DNA of 63,950 nucleotides from Chloroflexota bacterium (GTDB lineage: Bacteria; Chloroflexota; Limnocylindria; Limnocylindrales; CSP1-4), in contig JANYJG010000039.1 in the NCBI GenBank assembly GCA_025358515.1, positions 1 to 63,950 on the forward strand, in the 5' to 3' direction. The notes under the pieces are model-generated. The model was not told the DNA's origin. It searched no databases and saw nothing but the letters and a program-made list of their open reading frames with translations. Both the position numbers and the translations under genes were made by a program. Shown here in pieces: positions 22,094 through 32,344 of the stretch; positions within the stretch are counted from its first letter, which is position 1, and each line of letters begins with the position of its first letter.

Positions 22094-23323
22094 GTGATCC
22101 GACGGCTGCAGTTCCTGATCATTGCGATCGTCCTCCTGATCGCCGCGTTTTCGACTGGTTTGCCGTTCCTGTTCTACATGGTCTACCTCGGGCTGCTGGC
22201 TATTGGCGGCAGCTACCTGCTTACCCGCTTCGGGCTGGCGGACCTGGAGGCGGGCTATCGCGTCGACCATCGCCAGGGGCACGTAGGCGACGATCTAAGG
22301 ACCACTTACAGCATTTCCAATGCCAGCGGCCTGCCCAAGCCGTGGCTTGAGGTCTACAACCCCACCGACCTGCCCGTTCCGCTGCCCGGCCGTGCCCTCG
22401 GGCTTCGGTCGTGGGCCCAGCGGTCCTGGATCGCCATCGTTCCGCTTACCCGCCGCGGGACATTCCGGATCGAGCCGATGGTGGTTCGGACGGGCGACCC
22501 GTTCGGGTTCTTTGAGGCGGCAGCCACGGTCGGGCGTCCAACCGTCGTGACGGTTTTCCCGCGGGTGGTGCCCCTGCCTCGCTGGCGGCTGCCAAATGCC
22601 AACCTCGAAGGATCGCATTCCGCTCCTGAACGGAGCCTCCAGACGACGCCGCTCGCCACGACCGTCCGGCCGTACGCTCCAGGTGACAGCTTCAACCGGA
22701 TCCACTGGCGCAGCACGGCCAGGTTGGGTGAAATCCAGGTCAAAGAATTCGACTTGGAACAGACCGCCGACGTCTGGATCTTCGTGGATCTGGACGAACG
22801 GGTTCAGGCCGGGGACGGCGATATCTCATCTGTGGAGGAATCCCTCCGAGTCGCAGCATCCGTCGCTCACGACGCCATCATGGAGAATCGGGCGGTGGGT
22901 CTGACTACCAGCGGTCACAGGTTGGTCTCGATCCCCGCGGACCGCGGACCGAGGCAGCGTCAGAAGATCATGGCGCTGCTGGCCGCCGTTGAAGGCGACG
23001 GACATATTTCGCTGGCGGAAGTCCTTCTTGCTGGGTTGCCGAAACTGCGCCGAGGCATGACGGCCGTGGTCGTCACGCCGTCGCACGATCGGCAGTGGGT
23101 GAGGGCGCTAACGGGGTTGCGAGCTCGCGGTGTGACCGCGGCCGTGGTCTCGCTGAACGCACCGACCTACGAGAACGTGGCTCGCAAGAGGCCGCATGGC
23201 GAGGATTCCGAGGAGGATCGAGCCGGCCAGGAGCAAAGGGCTTTGCACTTCGCCCTGGCCGAGTACGATCTGAAGACTTACGAGGTTCGCGCCGGCGACA
23301 ACCTGGGACAGGTGCTGGCATGA
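22094..23323 (+). CDS. DUF58 domain-containing protein
   Basis: N-terminal TMs, DPFG, RPYAPGD..RIHWRSTAR, VKEF. Confidence 0.92.
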   Translation: MIRRLQFLIIAIVLLIAAFSTGLPFLFYMVYLGLLAIGGSYLLTRFGLADLEAGYRVDHRQGHVGDDLRTTYSISNASGLPKPWLEVYNPTDLPVPLPGRALGLRSWAQRSWIAIVPLTRRGTFRIEPMVVRTGDPFGFFEAAATVGRPTVVTVFPRVVPLPRWRLPNANLEGSHSAPERSLQTTPLATTVRPYAPGDSFNRIHWRSTARLGEIQVKEFDLEQTADVWIFVDLDERVQAGDGDISSVEESLRVAASVAHDAIMENRAVGLTTSGHRLVSIPADRGPRQRQKIMALLAAVEGDGHISLAEVLLAGLPKLRRGMTAVVVTPSHDRQWVRALTGLRARGVTAAVVSLNAPTYENVARKRPHGEDSEEDRAGQEQRALHFALAEYDLKTYEVRAGDNLGQVLA

Positions 23324-23339
23324 AGGCCGATCGGGGGCG

Positions 23340-25769
23340 ATGAAGATGGCGACTGCAGGCTGGTCCCCACCGAGCCGCTCGGACACCACCAATTCGGGCG
23401 GTTCGCCCATCGATTCGAGCGACGGCAACCCGGTCTTCGCATTCCTTGGCCGGTTGCGGCGGGACGAGGGCTGGCTCGCCTTGCCGCTGGTGATGGTCCT
23501 GGCCGGAACAATGGCCTGGTCAATCGCCGATGCCAGGTGGATCCTCGGCCACGACGAGATGACGGCCTTTCTCATCTATGTCGCGCTCGGCGGGGTGTTT
23601 TGGGGGTACCTGAGTGCCCGGCTGGATATGTCACCCTGGCTGGCCCATGCCCTCGGAGCCGCCGTCGGGGCGTTCGTTCTGATCGAGGTCGTTGGATCGA
23701 TTCTGCCGAACTCGTCTCCGGGCCTGGTCGGCTGGTACAACACCACGGCCAACTCGGTCACTCAGGCATACCTGGACCTAACGTGGCGCCACCAGATCTC
23801 GACGCTCCAACTCGGCCATTTCTGCTTGCTGCTGGGCATAATCGTCTGGGGTACCGCGCAGGCGGCCTCGTACGATGTCTTTGGCCATCACCGGGCCGTA
23901 AACGGCGTGCTGCTAATGGCCATCGTGCTCATCGCCAACATGGCTCTGACGGTCCAGGACCAGTTCTATGGTCTGGTTGTCTTCAGCGGCGCTGCTCTCC
24001 TGGTGCTGCTGATGTCTCATGCCGCCGAAGAGCGCACCAGCTGGCTTCGCCACCGGATCTGGCGAGGCCACGACCTCGAGCCTCCGCATCTCCGAGGAGG
24101 CGTCGCCTTCGCCGGCATCGCTATCTGCTTGTCGCTGCTGCTGGCTAGTGTGGCCAGCTCGGCGCCTCTGGCCAGTGCCTGGCCGGGAGTGAGCAACAAC
24201 TTTCGGGACCTGTCCGATTGGATTACCGGGTACCTGCCCAACGGCGGCGTCACCCGATACCCGCCGGGGGCCGATTTCGGGGCAACCTCGCCGGTCAGCT
24301 CATCCTTCCATGAGAAGTCGACTCCGGTGTTCACGGTCCGGGTTAGCACAGGGTCGGAGTCGTTCCACTGGCGCGTGGCGACGTACGACACCTTCCAGAC
24401 CCTGGGCTGGGCAGTGGGCCCGTCGGCTCGTCAGGACCAGGTGACCGCGGGCGATCTCCTCAACGCCGGCACCATCGATCAGGTCGGCCCGAACAGCCCA
24501 GGCCGCAAGCTGGTCACACTCGCGGTGCACATCCAGGACGCGTCGCTGCGGCATCTTGTCGTTGCCAACGAGCCGCTGAAGGTCAACGTCGACACCAAAC
24601 GCAGCGTGGTCGGTAATCCGGGGCAGACCAATGTAGTCGGCTTCACGACCGACGCCAAGGACTACAGCGTCTCGGCCTATGTGCCGGTCCTGGATCCCGG
24701 CGGCACCGGGCTCACGGAGTGGCGACTCCGGCACGCCGGCAACACCTTCCCAGAGGGGGTCCTGAGACGTTACACACAGGGCGCGGACCTGGTCGGCGCC
24801 GACGGCAAGGGGCTGCTCAGCGAGATAAAGGCCGACGCCAGGTCTCAGGGCAATCCGTTCGACAATGAATTCGACGTAGCCAAAGAGATTCAGGACTATC
24901 TCCACAGTTCGGACCGCTTCACCTACAGCACCGACATTTCCAGCGAGATGCCGAAGTGCGCCGGTCTGTCCACGGTCGACTGCTTCGCCTACATTCGAGA
25001 GGGCTTCTGCGAACAGTACGCGACGACGATGACGATGCTCATGCGGATGGAGGGATACCCGGCTCGATATGTGCTGGGCTACCTGCCCGGTGCCATCGAC
25101 CCCCACACTCTGATCCAGCAGGTCACGAGTCAGCAGAAGCACGCTTGGGTAGAGGTCTACTTCCCAGCCTACGGTTGGGTGCCGTTCGATCCGACGGGCG
25201 GGTCCGTCGGCCAGGAGACGCTCCTGGTTCCAGGGTCGGCCGTCACGACCACCCCGGCGCCATCGATTCCCTCATCCTCGCCGGCTGCGTCCGCGGGTGT
25301 AGCGCCGCACCCAACCGCGACAGCCGGCGGCAGCACTAGCGGCGGCGGCGGCCTGCCCCTACCGCCGACTGTGCCCACGACGATCGGCGGAGTCCTGGTC
25401 ATCGTCCTGTTCCTGATGTGGCGTCGGCGATCACCACGTCCCGACAGCCCGGACATGGTCTATCGGAGCGTGGTTCGGTTGGCGTCGCGACTCGGCTACC
25501 GCCCGCAACCGACCCAAACGGTGTACGAGTACACGGGCATGCTGGCGGAACTGGTTCCGAGTGCACGTGATTCTCTCGGCCTGGTTGCAACGGCGGCGGT
25601 CGAGGTTATCTATGGCAAACGCCAACTCGGGTCTGACCGGTTGCTCGTCCTTGCCGCGGCCTCGAGTCGCGTTCGCCAGGCCCTGTTTAAGCTCGTCTTC
25701 CGATTGCCCGGCGCTCGAGGGCGCAACCGCAAGGCCGCCAATTCGGCCAGGCCCAGGACGCGCGGCTGA
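23340..25769 (+). CDS. Membrane transglutaminase-like protein (TgpA-like, with DUF4129-like C-terminus)
   Basis: Multiple TMs; catalytic triad motifs GFCEQYA, HAWVEVY, FDPTG. Confidence 0.92.
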   Translation: MKMATAGWSPPSRSDTTNSGGSPIDSSDGNPVFAFLGRLRRDEGWLALPLVMVLAGTMAWSIADARWILGHDEMTAFLIYVALGGVFWGYLSARLDMSPWLAHALGAAVGAFVLIEVVGSILPNSSPGLVGWYNTTANSVTQAYLDLTWRHQISTLQLGHFCLLLGIIVWGTAQAASYDVFGHHRAVNGVLLMAIVLIANMALTVQDQFYGLVVFSGAALLVLLMSHAAEERTSWLRHRIWRGHDLEPPHLRGGVAFAGIAICLSLLLASVASSAPLASAWPGVSNNFRDLSDWITGYLPNGGVTRYPPGADFGATSPVSSSFHEKSTPVFTVRVSTGSESFHWRVATYDTFQTLGWAVGPSARQDQVTAGDLLNAGTIDQVGPNSPGRKLVTLAVHIQDASLRHLVVANEPLKVNVDTKRSVVGNPGQTNVVGFTTDAKDYSVSAYVPVLDPGGTGLTEWRLRHAGNTFPEGVLRRYTQGADLVGADGKGLLSEIKADARSQGNPFDNEFDVAKEIQDYLHSSDRFTYSTDISSEMPKCAGLSTVDCFAYIREGFCEQYATTMTMLMRMEGYPARYVLGYLPGAIDPHTLIQQVTSQQKHAWVEVYFPAYGWVPFDPTGGSVGQETLLVPGSAVTTTPAPSIPSSSPAASAGVAPHPTATAGGSTSGGGGLPLPPTVPTTIGGVLVIVLFLMWRRRSPRPDSPDMVYRSVVRLASRLGYRPQPTQTVYEYTGMLAELVPSARDSLGLVATAAVEVIYGKRQLGSDRLLVLAAASSRVRQALFKLVFRLPGARGRNRKAANSARPRTRG

Positions 25770-25789
25770 CCTTCTCCGGGTTGCTGCCC

Positions 25790-26665
25790 CTACAGTGCGC
25801 CGGTCGCGTCCCTGCGGGCGCCTGGTTCTCCCTTCGGGGACTCCAGATTTAGGGCCCGCAAGACCGCACGTCCGGCGCGGATCTCAACGACAGAGATCGA
25901 CGCCAGGCCGAAATCGAAGTTCCAGAAGTGGTCCGGCGAGAGATCCAGGAGGGCGCAGACTGTCACGCGGAAGACTCCTCCGTGTCCCACAATCAAGCCC
26001 CATGGTCGCTGGTCTGGGGACTCGTCTTCGTATCCGAGGACCTGGTGGCGGTCCATCGTGCCTGGTGCGCTATCTACAGACAGCTCGCCCAGCAGTTCCG
26101 TGAGCGCGCCCTCGACACGGTCGAAGACCTGCCCCAGGCTCTCGCCGCCGGGGGCATAGGCACGCTCCGGCCAGCGACGCCACCTGCCCAGGGCGTCTCC
26201 GAACCGCGCGGATATCTCGGTGTCTGTGAGGCCCTCCCACTCGCCCTGGGCGATCTCCGCGAACCCGGCAACGGAGCGGAGTGGGGGAGCGGCGATGCCG
26301 GCGTGGGTCATCGCCTCCGCGGCAATCTCGGCACTCTGGCGGGCCCGTCCCAACGGAGAGTGGATCAGAAATCTGGGCGCTATCGTGGGGATGGGGAGCA
26401 CCGCAGCGCCATCTCGAAACGCCAGGGCATGAGCAGCGCGCCGCACTTGATCGACGCCGGCGGCGCTTAGGGGCGTCTCCATCTGACCCTGGAATTGCCG
26501 CGCCACGATGGCTTCTGTCTCGCCATGGCGCAGCAGAACCAGGATTGCGTCCAGGTCGGAGGGAATCAACCGGGCGGCCCCAGAAGGACGGGTTTCCCCG
26601 CCTTGAGGCCGACCGGCTCCCGCCGGGGAGGAGTTCAACGGTCCGTGGCTGCGCGAATGACCCAC
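25790..26665 (-). CDS. Histidine phosphatase family protein (candidate phosphoserine phosphatase)
   Basis: LLRHGET, SPLGRA, E..QGEWEG, VGHGG; follows serA. Confidence 0.88.
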   Translation of the reverse strand: MGHSRSHGPLNSSPAGAGRPQGGETRPSGAARLIPSDLDAILVLLRHGETEAIVARQFQGQMETPLSAAGVDQVRRAAHALAFRDGAAVLPIPTIAPRFLIHSPLGRARQSAEIAAEAMTHAGIAAPPLRSVAGFAEIAQGEWEGLTDTEISARFGDALGRWRRWPERAYAPGGESLGQVFDRVEGALTELLGELSVDSAPGTMDRHQVLGYEDESPDQRPWGLIVGHGGVFRVTVCALLDLSPDHFWNFDFGLASISVVEIRAGRAVLRALNLESPKGEPGARRDATGAL

Positions 26666-28224
26666 ACATCGAGGACGGCGGGATGGGCGCGGATGGCCTC
26701 GGCGACCTTATCGGGCACGTCGTCGTCCACGGCAAGAAGCATCAACGCATCCTGACGAGCTTCCACGCGGGCCAGGACCATGGCGCTGATGTTTACGTCA
26801 GCCTCGCCGAGAATGAGTCCGATGCGACCCATAGTGCCCGGCTTATCCATATGCCTGGTGACGAGCATCAATGGCGTCGGAGTCATGTCCAGCCAGTTGT
26901 CGTCGATGCGAGTCAGGCGCGGTTCGCCATTGGCGATGGTGCCGGCCACTGTGGCCTTGCCGGTGTCCCCGTCCGCGGTCAAGGTGACCAGCGACGCGAA
27001 CGTACCGCCGTCGGCCGACTTCCGCTCGCTGACGGCCAGGCCGCGGCTCTTCGCCAGGAACGCGGCGTTGATGAGGTTGACCCGCTCCGAGGCGGAATTT
27101 GCCAGGACCCCGCGGAGAGCTGCGGCCGTCAGCTGCGAGACGTCGAAGTTGGCGATGTCGCCGGCGACGTCCACGGTGAGAGTCTTGATGGCGCCGCGGA
27201 AATATTGCGCCAGCACTCGTCCGAGGGTTTCGGTTAGGGGCAGGTATGGAGCGATGGCTCGGGCCGTTTCCGGGGTCAGCAACGGGGCATTGACGGCATA
27301 GCGGGCCGATCGGCCGGCCAGGACGTCGATGACCTGCTCGCAGGCCTCCTCGGCCACGCGTAGCTGGGCTTCGGCGGTGAGGGCGCCGAGGTGCGGGGTG
27401 AGGACCGTATTCGGGGCCTTGAGGATCGGCGAGTCCGTTGGCGGTTCGGTCTCGTAGACGTCGAAGGCGGCGCCGGCGAGCTTGCCGTCAGTTAGCGCCT
27501 GTGCCACGGCAGTTTCGTCGTAGACGCCGCCTCGGGCGACGTTGACGAGCATTACGCCGGGCTTCATGCGGGCAATCTGCTCCGCGCCGATGATGCCGCG
27601 CGTGGCCTTGTTGAGTGGCACATGAGCAGTGATCACGTCGGACTGCTCGATGATGGCGTCGATGTCCACGACGTTGATGCCATGCAGGGCGGCCTGTTCG
27701 GCGGTCACGAAGGGGTCGTACCCCAGAACGGTCATCTCCATCCCGCGAGCCCGATCGGCCACGGCCAAGCCGATTTTGCCCAGGCCGATGATGCCCAGGG
27801 TGCGGCCACGCAGCTCGACCCCGGTAAAGGAGCTTCGCTTCCACTCGCCGCGGCGCATGGAGGCGTCGGCGGCGGCGGTCTTGCGGGCTAGGGCGAGCAT
27901 GAGCGCCATCGTCTGCTCGGCGGCCGAGACAGTGTTGCCGGTCGGGGCATTGACGACCACCACGCCGGCCTTGGTCGCGGCCTCGAGATCGACATTGTCC
28001 ACGCCCACGCCGGCGCGGCCGATCACGACCAGTCGCGTGGCGTGAGCCAGAATATCGGCCGTCACCTTGACCTGGCTTCTGACCAGGAGGGCATCGTAGT
28101 CGCCGATGATGGCGGCGAGTTCCTCCGGCGAGAGGCCGATCTTCTCGTCAACTTCGTGGTGGGCCCGGAGGATCTCGATTCCCTGCTTGGCCAGGGGTTC
28201 CGCAACGAGGATCTTCATCGTCAA
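26635..28224 (-). CDS. serA: D-3-phosphoglycerate dehydrogenase
   Basis: RAGVGVDN, GLGKIG, NVARG, TPHLGA, ASB and ACT domains. Confidence 0.97.
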   Translation of the reverse strand: MTMKILVAEPLAKQGIEILRAHHEVDEKIGLSPEELAAIIGDYDALLVRSQVKVTADILAHATRLVVIGRAGVGVDNVDLEAATKAGVVVVNAPTGNTVSAAEQTMALMLALARKTAAADASMRRGEWKRSSFTGVELRGRTLGIIGLGKIGLAVADRARGMEMTVLGYDPFVTAEQAALHGINVVDIDAIIEQSDVITAHVPLNKATRGIIGAEQIARMKPGVMLVNVARGGVYDETAVAQALTDGKLAGAAFDVYETEPPTDSPILKAPNTVLTPHLGALTAEAQLRVAEEACEQVIDVLAGRSARYAVNAPLLTPETARAIAPYLPLTETLGRVLAQYFRGAIKTLTVDVAGDIANFDVSQLTAAALRGVLANSASERVNLINAAFLAKSRGLAVSERKSADGGTFASLVTLTADGDTGKATVAGTIANGEPRLTRIDDNWLDMTPTPLMLVTRHMDKPGTMGRIGLILGEADVNISAMVLARVEARQDALMLLAVDDDVPDKVAEAIRAHPAVLDVWVIRAATDR

Positions 28225-28227
28225 CTC

Positions 28228-29394
28228 CTACTTGGCCAGGCCGAGGGACTTGAGCGCGGCCACCTGGGCGGCAGCCACGGCGGCTCCCGGCGTAACCGGT
28301 CGGTCCAGTTCGATGAGGGTCTGCTCCAGCACGGCCATAGCGTTGATGATGGCCGGGACCGTTACGTGGCCCAGGTGCCCGATCCGGAAGATCTTGCCTT
28401 TGAGCGCACCCTGACCGCCGGCCACGATCAGGCCGAGCTTGCGGAGTTTGCCGTTGAAGGCCTTCCACTCCAGGTCCTCGGGGATCCAGGCGCCGGTGAC
28501 CGTGTCGGATGCGAATTCTGGGTCGGCCAGGAGCTTGAAGTCGAGGGCTGTCAGACCGGCCCGAACGGCGGCACCGACGGCTGCGTGGCGCTTCCAGATC
28601 TCGTCCAGCGTCTCCTGCTCCATGAGCTGGAGGGCGACATCAAGCTGGAACATGACCGCCACAGCCGGCGTCCACGGAGTTTGGCCCGATTCGGCGCTGG
28701 TCTTGTGGGCAGCCAGGTCGAAGTAGAACTTCGGCATCTTTGCGACCGCGGCAGCCTCCCAGGCTCGCGGCGAGACGGCGACGAAGGATAGGCCGGGCGC
28801 GACCATCCAAGCCTTCTGGGAGCCGCTGACTACTACGTCGAGGCCCCATGCGTCCGTTTCGAACGGCACGGCGCCGAGGCCGCTGATTGCGTCCACGATG
28901 ATCAGGGCGTCGGGAGCGACCGCGCGAACGGTCTCTGCGAGACGGGCAATCGGGTTGGTGACGGCGGTGGAAGTCTCGTTCTGGGTCAGCAGGACTGCCT
29001 TCCAGGGGCCGCCGGCGGCCAGCGCCTCGCGGACCTTGACCGGGTCCGCGGCCTTGCCCCAGTCGGAGGAAATCTTGGTCACGTCGGCACCATAAACGCT
29101 GGCGATCTTGGCGAAACGATCGCCGAAGGCACCGATGGAGACGGCCAGGACTTTGTCGCCGGGGGAGAGGAAACTGACGATCGCCGACTCCAGCCCGCCG
29201 GTGCCAGCCGCGGTGACGATCAGGACGTCATTCGTGGTTCTGTACGCGGTCTTGAGGCGGGCGATGATGCTGTTCTGAAGGACGGCGAACTCCGGGCCGC
29301 GATGATTGACCATCTGACGGGCGCCGGCCTCGCGGACCGCATCCGGAAGGGATGTCGGTCCGGGGATGCGAAGGTTGGGCTCGAAGCGGTTCAC
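28228..29394 (-). CDS. Class V PLP aminotransferase (alanine-glyoxylate/serine-pyruvate family)
   Basis: IPGPT, NETST, VDAIS, GSQK (PLP Lys), FRIGHLG. Confidence 0.93.
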   Translation of the reverse strand: MNRFEPNLRIPGPTSLPDAVREAGARQMVNHRGPEFAVLQNSIIARLKTAYRTTNDVLIVTAAGTGGLESAIVSFLSPGDKVLAVSIGAFGDRFAKIASVYGADVTKISSDWGKAADPVKVREALAAGGPWKAVLLTQNETSTAVTNPIARLAETVRAVAPDALIIVDAISGLGAVPFETDAWGLDVVVSGSQKAWMVAPGLSFVAVSPRAWEAAAVAKMPKFYFDLAAHKTSAESGQTPWTPAVAVMFQLDVALQLMEQETLDEIWKRHAAVGAAVRAGLTALDFKLLADPEFASDTVTGAWIPEDLEWKAFNGKLRKLGLIVAGGQGALKGKIFRIGHLGHVTVPAIINAMAVLEQTLIELDRPVTPGAAVAAAQVAALKSLGLAK

Positions 29395-29478
29395 GGTTCC
29401 ACCTTTCTACGGTCAGCCATCAGCTGCCAGATCAGGAGGGCATGCTATGGGCGTAGCCGCGCGGCCCTCATGTGGTAT

Positions 29479-29492
29479 ATATGACGTCATAT
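29479..29492. promoter_or_regulatory. Perfect 14-bp palindrome ATATGACGTCATAT, candidate TA operator
   Basis: Palindrome overlaps the antitoxin start codon. Confidence 0.55.
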
Positions 29493-29742
29493 GCAGAAGC
29501 GAACGACGATCCTAATCGACTCGGATCTACTGGAACGGCTGGACCGGTATGCGGCCCGGGAGGCCATGACCAAGACGTCCGTAGTCGCGACGGCTCTGGA
29601 CGCATACCTCGAATCTCACGACACCTCGCCAGACCTGGCTTTTCTGGCCGTTGGTCGAAGCGAGCACGGCCGGCTTTCGCTGGACGGGCGATCGATCGCG
29701 CGCCGTGAAGCCGGGCAGCGACCTGGGCCGGACGAGTTCTAG
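29491..29742 (+). CDS. Ribbon-helix-helix (CopG-like) antitoxin
   Basis: KRTTILID..LL..L...A...TKTSVV..AL..YL; directly upstream of a PIN gene. Confidence 0.85.
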   Translation: MQKRTTILIDSDLLERLDRYAAREAMTKTSVVATALDAYLESHDTSPDLAFLAVGRSEHGRLSLDGRSIARREAGQRPGPDEF

Positions 29743-29744
29743 AG

Positions 29745-30158
29745 ATGGCCATCCTGCTCGATTCGAGCGCCATCCTGGCCGCGGCAGATCAGTCGGATCT
29801 GAACCACCGTGCGGCGATTGCCTGGTTCAAGCGGGCAAACGAGCCGCTGATGATTGGGGCTTTGAACTTGGCCGAGCTGGACCTGTTACTGCAGCGGGAA
29901 CTCGGGCTGCGTGCGACGTTCTCGCTGCTGGAGACGATCGCCAGCGGCGCCATAAAGGTCGTGGCGCCGACCACGGTGGATCTCGTTCGCGCCGCTCAGC
30001 TGATGCGCGAAACGACGGAATACCGGCCGCGTCTCACGGATGCCGTGCTGGTTGCCACAGCCGAGCGGCTGGGCGTGACGCGGGTGGCGATCTTCGATCG
30101 GCCGCCGATCGCCATCTTCAGACCGCGCCATGTCCGCTCGTTGGATCTGGAGCCCTAA
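29745..30158 (+). CDS. vapC: VapC-type PIN domain toxin
   Basis: LLDSS, LAE, LTDA, IFD acidic PIN residues. Confidence 0.88.
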   Translation: MAILLDSSAILAAADQSDLNHRAAIAWFKRANEPLMIGALNLAELDLLLQRELGLRATFSLLETIASGAIKVVAPTTVDLVRAAQLMRETTEYRPRLTDAVLVATAERLGVTRVAIFDRPPIAIFRPRHVRSLDLEP

Positions 30159-30201
30159 CAGGCCCGAGCGACCGTGCTCGAACCAGGTGAGGTTGCGTAT
30201 G

Positions 30202-31725
30202 TCAGTCCTCGGGATCGGCGTGGGGTGTCTCGGCGTCGGCGCGCTGGTCCTGGGCGGTCTCGCGTAGATTCGCCTGGCGCCGCCGCATCGCTTCCGAGCC
30301 GGAAGCCATCGGGTTCGTGGCAGGGGCGCCCTCGATCGGGCGCTTGCGGCGCGCCGGCTCCCCACGGGCGACGCGGAGCCGCTCCAGTCGATCACCGATG
30401 CGTGGCTCCACGCCCTGGTCGCCGGGGAAGAAGTAGCGGCGATCGGCCAACTTGTCGGGCAGGTATTGCTGCGCCACGTCGTCGCCCTCGAAGTCGTGAG
30501 GAAAGCGGTAGGATCGGCGAGCGGCGCCGCTGGACCGGAGATGGACCGGTATCGGCAGCGACCCGTGCTCCAGGACGTCAGCCATTGCGGCCCAGTAGGC
30601 CAGCCCGGTCCGATTCGACTTGGGCGCCGCGGCCAGGTACGCAGTGGCCTGGGCAAGGCTGTACTGGGCCTCCGGAAGGCCGACCCAGTCCAGAGCCTGG
30701 GCCGCGGCGACTGCGATCTCCATCGCCCGAGGATCGGCCAGACCAATGTCCTCCGAGGCGAGCACGATCAACCGGCGGGCCACGAATCGGGCATCCTCCC
30801 CGGCCGCAATCATCGCCGCCAGCCAGTACAGGGCCGCGTCAGGATCGTTGCCTCGAACGCTCTTGATGAACGCGCTGACCGTGTCGTAGTGGCCGTCGCC
30901 TGCTCGATCGTAAGACAGGACACGCTGCTGGGCGGCGGCTTCGACGTCCTCCAGGCGCGGCGCCACGCGGCCTTGGGCGTCCCGTACGGATTCGGAGTCG
31001 GCGATTGAGACGGCGCTGTCCAGGACATTGAGGGCCTGGCGGGCATCGCCGGCGGCAAGCGCGACAAGATGATCAAAGGCGTCCTGCCCTATGGCCACGC
31101 CGCCCTTGGGGCCAAGGTCGCCCGCAAGGCCGTGCTCTACGTCCTCCAGTGCCCGCTTCACTACCGTGGCGATCTGCTCATCGGTCAGCGGCTCCAGCCG
31201 GTAGACGCGCAATCGCGATAGCAGAGCGGAATTCATCTCGAAGTAGGGGTTCTCCGTCGTGGCCCCAACGAGTGTCACCGTGCCATCCTCGACGTGCGGC
31301 AGCAGGCCGTCCTGTTGGGCCTTGTTGAAGCGGTGGATCTCATCGATGAATAGGATCGTCTGGCGGCCGTTTAGGCTCAGCCGTTCACGTGCTTCCGCGA
31401 CCAAGGCTCGAACTTCGGCGACGCCACTCATGACCGCCGAGATGGTCACCAGGTCCGCTCCGACTTCATCGGCCAGGACCCGAGCCAGGCTGGTCTTGCC
31501 GCTCCCGGGCGGCCCCCACAGCAGTAACGAGCCGAGCCGGCCGTGCTCGATGGCGCGCCGCAAGGCACCGCGTTCGCCGATGAGGGCCTCGTGCCCGACG
31601 ACCTCGCCCAGGGAGCGCGGCCGCATCCGTGCTGCCAGCGGCTGCCGGTGAGGCGGAGGCGTGAATGCCGGCTGCTGCTGCCCGAAAGGGCCGCCGGTGG
31701 GGCGTGTTGGGCGGCGTGTTGCCAT
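30202..31725 (-). CDS. rarA: Replication-associated recombination protein A
   Basis: PLAARMRP, GPPGSGKT, IDEIHRFNKAQQD, ATTENP, SAFIKS, ASEDIG. Confidence 0.96.
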   Translation of the reverse strand: MATRRPTRPTGGPFGQQQPAFTPPPHRQPLAARMRPRSLGEVVGHEALIGERGALRRAIEHGRLGSLLLWGPPGSGKTSLARVLADEVGADLVTISAVMSGVAEVRALVAEARERLSLNGRQTILFIDEIHRFNKAQQDGLLPHVEDGTVTLVGATTENPYFEMNSALLSRLRVYRLEPLTDEQIATVVKRALEDVEHGLAGDLGPKGGVAIGQDAFDHLVALAAGDARQALNVLDSAVSIADSESVRDAQGRVAPRLEDVEAAAQQRVLSYDRAGDGHYDTVSAFIKSVRGNDPDAALYWLAAMIAAGEDARFVARRLIVLASEDIGLADPRAMEIAVAAAQALDWVGLPEAQYSLAQATAYLAAAPKSNRTGLAYWAAMADVLEHGSLPIPVHLRSSGAARRSYRFPHDFEGDDVAQQYLPDKLADRRYFFPGDQGVEPRIGDRLERLRVARGEPARRKRPIEGAPATNPMASGSEAMRRRQANLRETAQDQRADAETPHADPED

Positions 31726-31820
31726 GGCGCGATGCTACAGGCTGTTGGACCAGCGCGATCGAGCGGGCGAACCGACAGGTACCGCAGCCATCGAGGGCCT
31801 CTTAGGGCGGTCGCCCAGCG

Positions 31821-32210
31821 TCAGAATTTGACGACGTGCAGGACGTCGATCAAGACAAAGATCACGGCCAGGGCACCGATCATCATCAGGCCGACGCGAA
31901 CGATCCGATTGATGTCGCGGGCCACATATCCGTATTCCTCGGCGGCGCGGATCGCCAGAGTGCCCTGGCCCCTGGGTCGGACCGGCGACTCACCGGAGCG
32001 GGACCGATCCCGGGCGGCGGCACGGATGGAACTGGAATCGGCCAGATTGGACTGGGCCACGATCTGCGACTCGAGCTCCGCGGCGCGGGCCTCTTCCCCG
32101 TCTGAGAGGCCGGCGGTTGGGCGCGCGGCCGGGCGCGACTGCGGTCGAACAGGGTTTCGGTCGGCTTGCCGCTGGCCGGGGCGGTTGGCGCCGCGCGTAC
32201 GCTTGGCCAT
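31821..32210 (-). CDS. Hypothetical protein with basic disordered N-terminus and a C-terminal TM anchor
   Basis: GGAGG upstream; EEYGYVARDINRI followed by a hydrophobic helix. Confidence 0.7.
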   Translation of the reverse strand: MAKRTRGANRPGQRQADRNPVRPQSRPAARPTAGLSDGEEARAAELESQIVAQSNLADSSSIRAAARDRSRSGESPVRPRGQGTLAIRAAEEYGYVARDINRIVRVGLMMIGALAVIFVLIDVLHVVKF

Positions 32211-32344
32211 AGGGGTGGAGGGCCTCCGTAGAGTTGAAATCGGATCGATCACATAGGTGCGCGGTCGAGCATAGCATTCCCGCGTGACTCGAAGTCGCCA
32301 TCCGGCCTCGACTGGTAGACTCGCCCCGAAGCTGTGGAGGAAGA

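Noticed and set aside
31768-31785. Possible SOS or PafBC-type motif upstream of rarA
   Set aside because: GAAC...GTAC spacing is 6 rather than 4, and TGTCGG is too far from the -10 box
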